From positions 1-40,531 of the IMG/VR virus record IMGVR_UViG_3300047160_001675: DNA of 40,531 nucleotides. One strand, 5' to 3'. The notes under the pieces were generated by a model. The model ran no database searches. It worked only from the letters and a program-made list of their open reading frames with translations, and was not told where the DNA came from. Source of the DNA: a virus. Positions 40,324 to 40,531 of this stretch are shown here, one piece after another (within the stretch, counting starts at the first letter, position 1; every line of letters starts with the position of its first letter). The position numbers and the translations under genes were made by a program.

Positions 40324-40531
40324 TATATACTCGAGAGGTGGCGCCATGCGTCCATATACCGCCATCTCTATTTCGATAGCCCATATCGTTTAACTGATCC
40401 GCAATAGTCCTAAAGGTCATTCCTTTATGCTTCCGCATCGAGTACATGATCTTAAGTATTTCCGCTTCTTCTTTATTAGCTTCAAGTAGCCCGTTATCGT
40501 CTAGTTGCTGCCCGTATGGCACACGGCCCAC
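40271..40531 (-). CDS. Serine recombinase, 3' part (recombinase/HTH-like DNA-binding region).
   Basis: GRVPYGQQLDDNGLLEANKEEAEILKIMYSMRKHKGMTFRTIADQLNDMGYRNRDGGIWT resembles the PYGY...IA..LN..G...W 'recombinase' domain of serine integrases. The protein stops at 240 aa with no zinc-ribbon or coiled-coil extension. Confidence 0.85.
   Translation of the reverse strand: MGRVPYGQQLDDNGLLEANKEEAEILKIMYSMRKHKGMTFRTIADQLNDMGYRNRDGGIWTHGATSRVYINYEKLFSGVLALQGRL
40435..40531. repeat. Terminal direct overlap, copy 2.
   Basis: Identical to 1..97. Confidence 0.95.

Noticed and set aside
1-40531. Whole-genome TGA reassignment (genetic code 4, TGA=Trp, or code 25, TGA=Gly).
   Set aside because: TGA works as a genuine stop in the ATGA/TGATG coupling overlaps at 559 and 1128. 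Trp is encoded by TGG throughout. Only two in-frame TGAs exist. The ligase gene needs a change of frame, not a sense reading of TGA.

Overview
The window is a complete, circularly closed phage-like replicon. Bases 1..97 are identical to 40435..40531, so the unit length is about 40,434 bp. I call about 75 protein genes, 3 tRNAs and several DNA or RNA-level elements.

Layout:
- A leftward early/accessory operon runs 3369 -> 1 and wraps to 40271. It carries ArdA anti-restriction, an XRE-type HTH protein, small unknown ORFs and a 240-aa serine recombinase that spans the junction.
- A rightward early block covers 3687..7308. It has an HTH/TerS-like protein, small ORFs, a DUF3310-like protein and a tRNA-Asp/Asn/Ile cluster.
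- A leftward block covers 7291..10268, with a ParA/RHH partition pair and an RtcB RNA ligase.
- A long rightward late operon covers 10461..32162. Its gene order is T7-like but there is no RNA polymerase: TerL, portal, scaffold, capsid, tubular-tail-like proteins, internal virion proteins including a 1418-aa giant, and a beta-helix/C1q-like fibre. One opposite-strand moron sits inside it.
- A leftward recombination block covers 32183..34133, with a RecT-like annealase and a PD-(D/E)XK exonuclease.
- A rightward replication block covers 34189..40323. It has an initiator with embedded iterons, a primase-helicase, an ATP-type RNA ligase and RusA.

At least 14 gene junctions use the TAATG stop/start overlap.

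The most interesting signal is a set of three UGA-dependent recoding candidates. The ATP-type RNA ligase gene is split by a near-exact copy of the E. coli prfB +1 frameshift cassette (AAGGAG-UGU-CUU-UGA-C). RusA and a 220-codon early gene are each interrupted by an in-frame UGA in the same context (NNC UGA AAG), and their downstream parts lack any initiation signal.

Other leads:
- an RNA-repair/tRNA-replacement arsenal (RtcB, a second ligase, tRNA-Asp/Asn/Ile-UAU)
- phage-plasmid hallmarks (ParA/RHH pair, 15-mer repeats, short serine recombinase)
- three minus-strand-specific intrinsic terminators with no gene upstream, suggesting orphan sRNAs
- a recurring ACTGRAATT motif at control regions

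All protein calls come from reading the translations by eye. No database search was possible.
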